33,578 nt of DNA from positions 1 to 33,578 of the IMG/VR virus record IMGVR_UViG_3300020045_013871, one strand, 5' to 3'. Under the pieces are notes generated by a model that made no database searches, was not told the DNA's origin, and worked only from the letters and a program-made list of their open reading frames with translations. Within the stretch, counting starts at the first letter, position 1. The number at the start of each line of letters is the position of its first letter. Shown here piece after piece: positions 24,885 to 33,315 of this stretch. The position numbers and the translations under genes were made by a program. The stretch is from a virus (taxonomy: Duplodnaviria; Caudoviricetes).

Positions 24885-25210
24885 TAGTAACCCCTTAACT
24901 TACTCAGATCAGCATAGCCCCTAGTTAACCCTTTGATGCCTTGCAACAAGGCCAGCCGGTTAGTCCTGGTTTTCTTATCCTTGACCATTACCTTCGTCTT
25001 GTCAAAAAACCGGTCTATGGGCCGTTCCAGGCTCCTTAGCGCGTCGATAACCGCTTCAGGGTTATCGGCTATCATCTCTACTGCCTGTTGGTAGGCCCGG
25101 TATAATTCCAACTCGCCGGGCCGCCGTAACAGCGCCGGGTTAATCGAGTAGTCGCCATCTGATTTGCTAACCAATCTCGCACATCTGGAATAAGCTTTGA
25201 GCCAGGTCAT
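24884..25210 (-). CDS. Stand-alone DALR anticodon-binding domain derived from the glycyl-tRNA synthetase beta subunit
   Basis: AYSRCARL...INPALL...ELELY...PIDRFFD..KVM..D...RTNRLALL...ADLSKL.GY matches the GlyRS C-terminal pattern FFDxVxVMxxDxxxRxNRLALL. Confidence 0.85.
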   Translation of the reverse strand: MTWLKAYSRCARLVSKSDGDYSINPALLRRPGELELYRAYQQAVEMIADNPEAVIDALRSLERPIDRFFDKTKVMVKDKKTRTNRLALLQGIKGLTRGYADLSKLRGY

Positions 25211-27318
25211 AATTCACTAGCACCCCCTACCCGGCGCTGGGCTGCATTTGGTACGGAGGTCGCGGGGGGTGGGTTCATTGAACCAATTGAGCCGCCGGCG
25301 TTCTGTGCGTTCTGGTTTACCCGTTCTATCAAGCCGGCCATAATGGTGAAGCGCTGATTCAGAATATCTATGGACGGTAATGCCGCATCAAAAGCGCCTT
25401 TGATTTTAACCCCGGCTGTTTCAGTCGTACCGGCCAGGGTTGTGACGTGCGTTTCTGTTTCAGCGGTCGCCATTCCAACATCACCAGCGGCCACCTGCAC
25501 CATCCCCACCGCCGCCGTGACACCCTCCGCGCCTAGTTCCTCTTTGACCTGCTGAATCAATTGCTCTTTGATTTGCTGCTGCTGTAGTTGTTGCCTTACC
25601 TGGTTTTTAATCAGCTCAACATCCCACAGTTGTGGAACTAACCCCTGTTGGAATTGGGTTAGCGCTGCCGTGGCTGCCGCTTGGAGTTGCCCACCGTCGC
25701 CCGACGTAATCGCGTTGGCTATAGGCTGCCAAAAAGTCTGGCCCTGAAATTGGCTTTGTAGTTGGGTTAGCCACTCTGAGCCAAACCCGCCAGTGGCGAC
25801 GGTTGCCAACCGCCGCGCCCATTCGTCAGCGTGCTGCGCTCCGCCGGCGGCGTCTGGACTCCATACCTCATTTAGCGACGGTTGTAATTTACTCTCGATA
25901 ATGCCGGCAATGTCGTCCGCTGCTTTGGTAAAACTCTGGGTCATTGCCCGACCCGCGGCGGTTGCGGCCTTGATCTGTTCTTGCTCGGTCTCTTTGGCCT
26001 GGTCGCGAGTAAATTGTTCTGATAGTTCAACGGTCTTGGTGCGACCCAGGGCCATTTGCCGGTAGGCGTCCGACTGGCGGTTGGTTTCAGGGTTAAAAGC
26101 GTACGCAGACGCCGCAGCGGCCGCGTCCGCTTGCGCTTGCGCTAGTTCTGCGGTTTTTTGAATGGCCCCAACAGATGCCATACTCATCGCATTAAGCGAG
26201 CTTACCCATTCGCCCGATGTTACAACAGCATCAGCCATTGTATTTTTTAGATTGTCGAATTCCTGTTCAGTTAAGTCCAGTTCGCCAGCCAGAAAGACAT
26301 TAGATTGAGCCACCTTATCTATGGCCGCCTGATACTCGGCATGCGTATCGACATTTGATAAAAGCGCTTGCTGGAATGCCCCTTGGTCTTGGGCGGCGGC
26401 ATCAGTAGCCGCTTCTAATTCGTCATAACTCTGAGAAGTTAAAATTGTCTGGGCCGCACTTGCCGCCATTGCTGATTCGTGCGCTTGAATAGCCGGTATT
26501 TGCTCACCTAAAACAACCTGCCAGGCTTTGGCCCCCTCGGTTAATTTGTTTAGGCCAGCGGTATAAATCTCTGTTGCCCCAGTCGCCTGATTCAGGCTAT
26601 TTAGCAGGCTGCCAACCGAGGCCATAAAATTACCCTGAGCGGCGGCGGCAGTTGCGGCGGCTACGCTCTGTTCTGAAAGAGCGTTTTTATATTTATTTGA
26701 CTGTTCAATAAGGATTTGTTTAAGGGCCAGTGATTTTGCTTCTTCGCTTGATAGGTTGGTTGTCGCCTCTATTTCATCTTGCTTGGCCTTAACCATCTGA
26801 GCCGTTAGCCCAAAGTTATTAAACAGTACCGGCGAACCACTAGACAACAACCGCACAAACAATTCTTGACTTGCCCCGGCGCTGGCGAAAACATTACTAA
26901 GTACAGTGCCCGCCGCCGCAAGGTCGGCTGCCTCTTGTGCGTTTTTAGCCAGTCCAGCGCCAAACAAAACCGATTGAGCTGCGGCCAGGCTTTGATCAGT
27001 TGCCATCCCCTTTGTGGCTTCCCGTCCTAATTCAAGCGCCTCGTTGTAGTCAGCTATCCCCGTGGCCGATACTTTTAGCGCATTGATTGCGTCCTCTTGC
27101 ATCCGCCCGGCTTCGCTGGCGGCAGACGAGAAATCTATCAGCGCTTTGGTACTCAGGCCCAGGCCAAGTAAACCCAGGGCATTATTGAGGCTGCCAATAG
27201 ATATAGCCGACCCCTTGCCTTTTTTCTCAAGGGCTTCCAAGTCGCGTTCTATATCCTTGATGCCGCGTCCCTGGGCGGTTGCCTTTATGATTAGTTCGAG
27301 TTCTTGCCTTGTTGCCAT
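25207..27318 (-). CDS. Tail tape measure protein
   Basis: 703 aa, Ala/Gln-rich and helical; ELELIIKA N-terminus; follows the tail tube gene. Confidence 0.85.
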   Translation of the reverse strand: MATRQELELIIKATAQGRGIKDIERDLEALEKKGKGSAISIGSLNNALGLLGLGLSTKALIDFSSAASEAGRMQEDAINALKVSATGIADYNEALELGREATKGMATDQSLAAAQSVLFGAGLAKNAQEAADLAAAGTVLSNVFASAGASQELFVRLLSSGSPVLFNNFGLTAQMVKAKQDEIEATTNLSSEEAKSLALKQILIEQSNKYKNALSEQSVAAATAAAAQGNFMASVGSLLNSLNQATGATEIYTAGLNKLTEGAKAWQVVLGEQIPAIQAHESAMAASAAQTILTSQSYDELEAATDAAAQDQGAFQQALLSNVDTHAEYQAAIDKVAQSNVFLAGELDLTEQEFDNLKNTMADAVVTSGEWVSSLNAMSMASVGAIQKTAELAQAQADAAAAASAYAFNPETNRQSDAYRQMALGRTKTVELSEQFTRDQAKETEQEQIKAATAAGRAMTQSFTKAADDIAGIIESKLQPSLNEVWSPDAAGGAQHADEWARRLATVATGGFGSEWLTQLQSQFQGQTFWQPIANAITSGDGGQLQAAATAALTQFQQGLVPQLWDVELIKNQVRQQLQQQQIKEQLIQQVKEELGAEGVTAAVGMVQVAAGDVGMATAETETHVTTLAGTTETAGVKIKGAFDAALPSIDILNQRFTIMAGLIERVNQNAQNAGGSIGSMNPPPATSVPNAAQRRVGGASEL

Positions 27319-28317
27319 TTATGGAAGTGCCGTCAACTCATTAACTACGATAAACCGACCCGCCGTGGCCGCCGTCGCATTGTACCGGCCCAGGAGCGTG
27401 GCCTTGATGATGTCGTTGCCGTCCTGGTCGCCGATCTTATCAAACTTCTGCCAACGCCCAACCAGGTCAATGATAAAGCGCTTGGTGCTGTAGGTTGTGC
27501 CAGGCGTTCCAAGAGCAGAGCCGGTGAAGTCAATCCGTACCGCCCGCGCGGTCTGGTTACGCCAGGCCGTCTTTTCTGCGACCGCTGAAGCGTCGTGCTC
27601 AAAGGTGATGTCCAGCGTCACTTCCATTCCCTGCCGTTTTACGAATGAAAAATAGAGCTGCCCATCCCCGGTAAATACCGGCGTTAAGCCAGTCGTTACC
27701 TTCAAGTCCATTTCAAGGAACGTGTTAGTAAGTTGAGCCGTAGCCGGGTAGGTGCTGGTCGCGTTGACGTACAACCTCCCCCGGCTAAATAGGATGTCCT
27801 CAATCGTGGGGATTGAAATAGCGCCGGTGTAACTGGTATTTGTTACCTGCCGCCCCCGCCAGGTCGCGCTCATCATCAGGGCCTCACCGGCTTTGCCCTT
27901 GATGCCGAACTCAGTACAAATGGCGTATTCCATTTCTTCGGCCTGGTTGTCGTCCCCGGCTTCAATGGTATACGTTTTCCAATCGCCCTGTGTAGCCGTG
28001 GGGATGGTGTAGGTATAGATGTAGTCCGAGCCGGTTCCGTCTTGCGCCGGGGTCTGGCTATCTATACCGCTTTCCAGGATATAGGGGATTTGTTCAAAGG
28101 TAGCTTCTATATCGTTAAACTGGATTTCACCGGCCAGCTTGGGGATATAGTTGCGGTCTAGCGGGTTGGCTAAACCTACGTCTTCTTCCGGGAAAACAAC
28201 TTCCCGTGTATCTTCCATTGTACCCAGGCCGCGCCATAAAGCCGTGGCTGCTACCGCTGTGCCCGCCACGGTTTCCAGGCCCATTTGAATTTTACGAAGT
28301 GCTTTAATACCTGCCAT
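27319..28317 (-). CDS. Major tail tube protein
   Basis: QMGLETVAGT N-terminus, YTIEAG, C-terminal VVNELTALP; position after the terminator gene. Confidence 0.85.
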   Translation of the reverse strand: MAGIKALRKIQMGLETVAGTAVAATALWRGLGTMEDTREVVFPEEDVGLANPLDRNYIPKLAGEIQFNDIEATFEQIPYILESGIDSQTPAQDGTGSDYIYTYTIPTATQGDWKTYTIEAGDDNQAEEMEYAICTEFGIKGKAGEALMMSATWRGRQVTNTSYTGAISIPTIEDILFSRGRLYVNATSTYPATAQLTNTFLEMDLKVTTGLTPVFTGDGQLYFSFVKRQGMEVTLDITFEHDASAVAEKTAWRNQTARAVRIDFTGSALGTPGTTYSTKRFIIDLVGRWQKFDKIGDQDGNDIIKATLLGRYNATAATAGRFIVVNELTALP

Positions 28318-28326
28318 AGTGATCTC

Positions 28327-28773
28327 CTACATTTTTACGTATTTAGTGCCGTCCCAGCCTGATCGAATCTTGACCGGGATTTGGACCGTCCAACCTAGCA
28401 GTACCAGGCCGGGGTAATATTCAATGTCGCCAAAACGGGCAGTGATACTCTCGCTGACCGTGTCAACCGTCCCGGCAAGCCGGGCGTTGGTGTCAGCCAG
28501 AAGCTTATCTTTGATTAGCTCACCGTAACCCATTACGCTTTGAATGTCCTGCGGCAGCGATTTGCGCGGCACGTAGACCCCCACCTGAATAGTGTGCAGC
28601 CCGCGCACTTGACCGCCGCTCTCTTTGTTCCAGGTCGCTTCCGTTACCTGCCCGATGAGTACCGGGTACATTTTTGGGTCTTCCGGCGGGTAGTTAGGCG
28701 CATTACGCAAACCGGGAATGTCCCGCAGAATTGAGAGTACCGCTTGCACCGCCGCGTCTATTTCGCCAGCCAT
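28327..28773 (-). CDS. Tail terminator/completion protein
   Basis: Size, position and L.GTV motif. Confidence 0.7.
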   Translation of the reverse strand: MAGEIDAAVQAVLSILRDIPGLRNAPNYPPEDPKMYPVLIGQVTEATWNKESGGQVRGLHTIQVGVYVPRKSLPQDIQSVMGYGELIKDKLLADTNARLAGTVDTVSESITARFGDIEYYPGLVLLGWTVQIPVKIRSGWDGTKYVKM

Positions 28774-29012
28774 CAGCCTAGCCGCTCCGATGATTTGATT
28801 TCTTCTTTAACCGATATACCCAGGGTTGGGGGCCTGCCCTCGTTTTGTGGGGGAGGCGTTATCATCGCCTCAAGTACCTTGATGGCCTCTTTGATCGGCT
28901 TGCGCTGTTCCATCAAATCAGCTACCCCAAACATACTGGTACTAAGCTGGATTGATTCAAGTTTGCGCTGTAACTCCATTATCGCGATTGCCAGGGCTTG
29001 ATCGTTTGTCAT
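28773..29012 (-). CDS. Hypothetical protein
   Basis: Coupled on both sides; C-terminal ISVKEEIKSSE. Confidence 0.6.
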   Translation of the reverse strand: MTNDQALAIAIMELQRKLESIQLSTSMFGVADLMEQRKPIKEAIKVLEAMITPPPQNEGRPPTLGISVKEEIKSSERLG

Positions 29013-29794
29013 GGGTAGCTGCTCCCATCCGGGTTAATGTGCCGGCAAAAAATAGAGGTGTCAACCAAAAAAGGATACTCTTTGTCAGCAAACTCCGTCC
29101 AGCCGGTTTTTTTGAAATAGTCCTCTTTCATCACCCTGGTACACCAGGCCAGGTCGCTTGTCCCCTGCGTGGTGTTGTACTGGCCGCTTTCCGGGTCGTA
29201 CCATAATGTGGCCGGGGTATTAAATACTCGCCTGGTCACAGTGCCTCTTAGGTTGTACTCCGGGCTGTCATCCCACATCGCCTTGATGAGCGAGTAGTGG
29301 ATTAAGAGGCAGCCGGTGGGCACTCCATCCGCCCAAACCTTGTCGCCCATCTGGAAATCAACGTGGACGCTTGTTCCCCGGCCCCGAAAAATTAACGGTT
29401 CGCTTGGCTGCGCCCGGCTAAAATAAAGGCCGCTAACAACCGGCGTCTTTTCGTCGCGCATATACTGATTAAATTTGATAAAGGCGTCCGGTGGTAAAAT
29501 AACATCGTGCTCCAAAAGTAACAGCCATTCAAAATCCTTGTCAATCATCTCTTTGATTATCAGGTTTTGCGCGTCTGCTACCTGATACCGAAGTGGGATA
29601 TACGAGTTAAAATATTCGAGCATCTGCACTTGTGACCAGTTCATTGGGATAATTTGGCCGTACCGAGCCTGCACCCACTCTATTCTTACTAGCCCCGTTG
29701 TAGCTGTGCCAATCAAAAGCCGGTTGACATAACCGGGGTCGCCTGAGTCCTTCACGATTGTGCGGTAGGCCCGCACCGGCGTGGTTTTACTCAT
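29009..29794 (-). CDS. GT-A fold (family 2-like) glycosyltransferase
   Basis: ADAQNLII...WLLLLEHDVILPPD...VVSGLYF...TGCLLI...SDLAWC...VDTSIFCRH. Confidence 0.8.
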   Translation of the reverse strand: MSKTTPVRAYRTIVKDSGDPGYVNRLLIGTATTGLVRIEWVQARYGQIIPMNWSQVQMLEYFNSYIPLRYQVADAQNLIIKEMIDKDFEWLLLLEHDVILPPDAFIKFNQYMRDEKTPVVSGLYFSRAQPSEPLIFRGRGTSVHVDFQMGDKVWADGVPTGCLLIHYSLIKAMWDDSPEYNLRGTVTRRVFNTPATLWYDPESGQYNTTQGTSDLAWCTRVMKEDYFKKTGWTEFADKEYPFLVDTSIFCRHINPDGSSYP

Positions 29795-30305
29795 AATAGG
29801 ATTTGTCCTCTCTCCGTTTCTGTAAAAGCACTTCCATATTTCCGGCGCAATCCCAGGACAGATGGATTATTTTCCAGGGTTTGGGCCGGTAGATTTTGTA
29901 CAAATACCCCTGTGTGTTTGGCTCCAGCGGGTCAAAGTAAGCCCACGTTACCTCGTTGCAAAAATTGATATGGGTCGGGTCTTGGTACATCCCCGGTGAC
30001 GTGGCGTATGGCATAGACAGGGCCAGTTGCCCCTCGACTTTTAGCACCCGCCAGGCTTCATTCATCCAATTGATAAAGCCAAACCGGGCCGGGTTGACGT
30101 GTTCCACCACGTGTGAGGCCATCGCCCGGATAACGCAATCGTCCGGTAAAGGCCAGGGAAAGACTTCAAAATCGTGAACTATGTCAACCGTGGGTAAGTC
30201 CCTGACATCCATCCCCACAAAATTGGGTTGCTTGTTGTAACCGCACCCAATGTCTAACTGAATCCCGTTATTTTGTTGTAAAAGTTCCGTTATGGGTTGT
30301 CGCAT
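29787..30305 (-). CDS. Class I SAM-dependent methyltransferase
   Basis: LDIGCG...GMD...DIVHD..ASHVVEH...EAWRVLK..G...DPTH. Confidence 0.88.
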   Translation of the reverse strand: MRQPITELLQQNNGIQLDIGCGYNKQPNFVGMDVRDLPTVDIVHDFEVFPWPLPDDCVIRAMASHVVEHVNPARFGFINWMNEAWRVLKVEGQLALSMPYATSPGMYQDPTHINFCNEVTWAYFDPLEPNTQGYLYKIYRPKPWKIIHLSWDCAGNMEVLLQKRREDKSYYE

Positions 30306-30507
30306 CTACGCATCCTTTCAAGTGCGTTCTATACGGTCTGCCCCGGATGGTCTGGGCTTCGATGTACCCAGCCTCCACCGGTATTAACACTTTGATTAAA
30401 GCTAACCCCTCGGTTGAGCCGGGATAATAGGCCAGGCATATCGGAGTAATGTCTACCCCGTTATGAGTAACCCTTATCCCTGGTTCAACCGGCGTTAGAA
30501 ACAACAT
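30268..30507 (-). CDS. Hypothetical protein
   Basis: Coupled (TAATG) to the upstream gene. Confidence 0.55.
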   Translation of the reverse strand: MLFLTPVEPGIRVTHNGVDITPICLAYYPGSTEGLALIKVLIPVEAGYIEAQTIRGRPYRTHLKGCVDATTHNGTFTTK

Positions 30508-30986
30508 TAGGCAAACGTTATGTCATAGGTAACGTTGACGTTCTGGTTTGTGGCACAGGATGACGAGGTGTAGGTGTTGCCGGCAAACAGCGTCCCGCCC
30601 GATGAGGTAGCAAATAGGCCAATGTTGCTCAGGTTTTGGGTGTTGGTTACAAAGCTGGCCGTGCTGTTAAAGGTGGCCGTGAACCGAACTGTCTTTGACG
30701 TGCTTGACGTTGCCGCAGTGACCGCCGCCCGGACAACCACCTCACCGTTAAGGGTTGTTGCCGCTGCGCCCGGCACAGTGCCCGACCCTAACGCCGCGTG
30801 GGTGATTTGGCTTGAGCCGGAAATAGCACCAAGCAACTTTGCCAGCATATTATTAAAGCCGTCATTTGTCACTTGGTTTTCGTTCCAGCCGGAATCACCG
30901 GCCAAAGTCCCATCCGGGTTTACGATGTGTAAGCGGTAAAAGCCGCGTACCCCCATTTTATCTATTGCTTGCATGTTACGCTCCAT
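30507..30986 (-). CDS. Tail-collar/fibre-type structural protein (distant paralog of 24389-24769)
   Basis: NQVTNDG...HAALGSG...TTLNGE...FTATF...NIGLF...GGTLFA...VTYDITF. Confidence 0.7.
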   Translation of the reverse strand: MERNMQAIDKMGVRGFYRLHIVNPDGTLAGDSGWNENQVTNDGFNNMLAKLLGAISGSSQITHAALGSGTVPGAAATTLNGEVVVRAAVTAATSSTSKTVRFTATFNSTASFVTNTQNLSNIGLFATSSGGTLFAGNTYTSSSCATNQNVNVTYDITFA

Positions 30987-31374
30987 TCCAGGGACTATCT
31001 ATTTTTTTGGTAATTGATTTGGTTAATTCAGGTATATCTTTCTCGACAATTGGCCGGGCTTGCCACCATCGCCCCGCGTGCATCCAGGCTTGCTTTTCGC
31101 CTACTACCCAGGGCGCATACCCGGCGTTGTTGCTGATCTTGACCGCCGCAGAACCGATAACCGAGGATGACCAGGAGCGACCAAGTTTGCCCGTCCGCTT
31201 GTAGCGCTGTTGGGGTCGGGGCGGTGGGTAGGCCGTGTTTTGTAATCTATCGGCCTCATCTTTGCCCCACTCTTTAAGCTCAGGCGTTATGATATTAGCA
31301 TCCATTGCAATGAGTTTAGCCAGCTTTGCCCGAACTCTCGCCAGCCCTTTGATCTTAATTTCGATGGTTGCCAT
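30976..31374 (-). CDS. HK97 gp10-like head-tail/tail completion protein
   Basis: IKIKGL...YKRTGKLGRSW...NNAGYAPWV. Confidence 0.8.
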   Translation of the reverse strand: MATIEIKIKGLARVRAKLAKLIAMDANIITPELKEWGKDEADRLQNTAYPPPRPQQRYKRTGKLGRSWSSSVIGSAAVKISNNAGYAPWVVGEKQAWMHAGRWWQARPIVEKDIPELTKSITKKIDSPWNGA

Positions 31375-32048
31375 TAGTAGACTAGCCTCGTTGGGACTGC
31401 GTCAAGCATCAGCATAAACTCGCCATCTTTTTTAAGCGAGGCCACTACCGCCAGCGTCCCTAAATCCGCATTGCCGGACACCCCGTAGACCAGGTCGCGC
31501 CGGCCCCATAACCGCATACTACCCAACAAACAAGCCTCAGAGATCTCCTTTGGCACGGTTGTGCCGTAACCAAAGGAGCCAACTATTTCAACCGCCCCGT
31601 CATAACTCGGAAACAGATTTACTCCATATGGGCTTTTGATAATCTCAAGATAGGGATTGCCAGACACACCGCCGTTAAACGGGAACAGCCGGTAATCAGT
31701 TGTAGCCCAGGTTGTCTCATAGACCATATCGCCGTCATCATCGGTTTTCAGACTGGTCAGGCTGATAAGGTCGTCTATTTTAACCCGGTGCTGATTGTCA
31801 GCCGTGTAGTACCTGGTCGCCGTGGTCATATAAAACACCCGGTTTTTGATGCGGTCAATCGCCCGGCTAACTCCCTCAATCACGCTCTCAAGTGCCGCCT
31901 CGTCTGCATCTTCACTTTGGGCGTCAAAATTGGAGCTAAACAAACGCGCCTTGAGTTTGTCAACTGTGGTATAGCCGTTAGTAATGCCCATTATCTGCGT
32001 CCCAGGCGTTTCGGAGATTGTGACAATATCAGAAACGCTAACCGTCAT
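31374..32048 (-). CDS. Head-tail connector (gp6-like)
   Basis: GYTTVDKLKARL...IEGVSRAIDR..NRVF...GSFGY..VPKEISEAC. Confidence 0.82.
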   Translation of the reverse strand: MTVSVSDIVTISETPGTQIMGITNGYTTVDKLKARLFSSNFDAQSEDADEAALESVIEGVSRAIDRIKNRVFYMTTATRYYTADNQHRVKIDDLISLTSLKTDDDGDMVYETTWATTDYRLFPFNGGVSGNPYLEIIKSPYGVNLFPSYDGAVEIVGSFGYGTTVPKEISEACLLGSMRLWGRRDLVYGVSGNADLGTLAVVASLKKDGEFMLMLDAVPTRLVY

Positions 32049-32251
32049 TTGTCAGATTTCTTTGTGACTTTGGCTACTGCCACTGCCGCTCGTGTCTCAC
32101 CGACCTTGACCGCATACCCGCGTTCTATCAGTTGGTCAGCCGCGTCCTCGCTTACATCATCCGGCACTGCTTTTTCCTCATCCGGCCAAAAATCGGCGTT
32201 ATTGTTAAGGAATCCGCAGTAGTGTCGTACCATTTTTATCTTCATAATCAC
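32045..32251 (-). CDS. Small capsid-cluster hypothetical protein
   Basis: MKIKM...ADQLIERGYAV, common in small ORFs between capsid and connector. Confidence 0.7.
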   Translation of the reverse strand: MIMKIKMVRHYCGFLNNNADFWPDEEKAVPDDVSEDAADQLIERGYAVKVGETRAAVAVAKVTKKSDK

Positions 32252-32742
32252 TCGCTTCTGTAATAGATGTCAACCGTTACGGCCGGCGTTGCGGCGGTGG
32301 TCTGGGCCAGCGTTACCGTAAATTGATCGGCTGCCGGGTAGGGCATAACTACCGGCCTCGTGCCGTCATATGTGCGGGCCGTGCCGCCGTTATCGGTTAG
32401 TATCACGCTAGGATAATAGGTAGCATCGGTAACGCTATCGCTTTTGGTAACTACCAGAGCGGCCACCGACTCGTTAGTTTGGCCGATGGTAATATCCGTA
32501 GTGGTAGTTAGCGTGCCGTAGTCAACATCTATCCTGAGCACCTGCCCATTGATAACCGCTTGGGTGGTGTTACTACCACTGGCAGACCCTTCTACGCCAG
32601 TGGTAGTAACAGTTACCCGCTCTCGTTTAATGATCGTGGCTTGGGGTGAGGCGCTAACCCTCTCTAGAGGGTAAACCGGTAAAGTCGAGATAGCCAGAGC
32701 GAGAGCGATAACGACCAGGGCAAACAGCACAGCGGCTTTCAT
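32248..32742 (-). CDS. Thr-rich beta protein with N-terminal signal-peptide-like segment
   Basis: MKAAVLFALVVIALALA; beta-strand-rich remainder. Confidence 0.75.
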   Translation of the reverse strand: MKAAVLFALVVIALALAISTLPVYPLERVSASPQATIIKRERVTVTTTGVEGSASGSNTTQAVINGQVLRIDVDYGTLTTTTDITIGQTNESVAALVVTKSDSVTDATYYPSVILTDNGGTARTYDGTRPVVMPYPAADQFTVTLAQTTAATPAVTVDIYYRSE

Positions 32743-33248
32743 TAGGGATTAGTCCCGCACACCTGATAGTTGACTACCGCGCCGGCGGCATTGGCCGCCG
32801 GCGTTGCCGCCGCATTTCTGACCGTGATCGTAACTATTCCACTGCCGGTAATCGCTCCACATGTAGCCGAATCGCCGGTAACAGATTGTAGATTACAACC
32901 AGCCCAAGTTGGCGTGGTAATTGCCGTTACGGTGGAGGTGTATGACACGGTATCGGTGATCGTGGCGCTTGAGCGCAAGCAGGTTTGATTAGGCGTTGGG
33001 TTGCCAAGCACCTTACCGTAGACTGAGCCGGACGTCGCTACAACCTTAAACGAGGGGGTCAGCGTCGCATTAGGCTGCCCCGGATAAACCAGGATATTGC
33101 TACCCCAGGACTCCACACAGGCCGTTGCCTCAAACCGGCAAATGATAGCCGTCGCGCTTTGAGAGAGTACCGGGCCAAAGGCCGCCAGAATAAACACAGC
33201 GGCGATAAGCCCGGTAGTTATGAGAGTTAATTTAGTTTGTTTGGTCAT
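32742..33248 (-). CDS. Thr/Cys-containing beta protein with N-terminal signal-peptide-like segment
   Basis: MTKQTKLTLITTGLIAAVFILAAFG...SATA; 6 Cys; GGAG RBS. Confidence 0.75.
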   Translation of the reverse strand: MTKQTKLTLITTGLIAAVFILAAFGPVLSQSATAIICRFEATACVESWGSNILVYPGQPNATLTPSFKVVATSGSVYGKVLGNPTPNQTCLRSSATITDTVSYTSTVTAITTPTWAGCNLQSVTGDSATCGAITGSGIVTITVRNAAATPAANAAGAVVNYQVCGTNP

Positions 33249-33261
33249 TTTATTTACTCCA

Positions 33262-33283
33262 TAAAGGGGGAGAAGGCTCCCCC
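33262..33283 (-). terminator. Hairpin/weak terminator after the capsid gene
   Basis: gggggag-cctt-ctccccc-ttta. Confidence 0.5.
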
Positions 33284-33315
33284 CATACTAGATTCAGTCT
33301 ATATTCAGACTAGAT

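Noticed and set aside
24884-25210. glyS 3' end as a prophage attachment-site remnant
   Set aside because: It lies mid tail operon, is coupled on both sides with its own start, and is flanked by phage genes, not host DNA.
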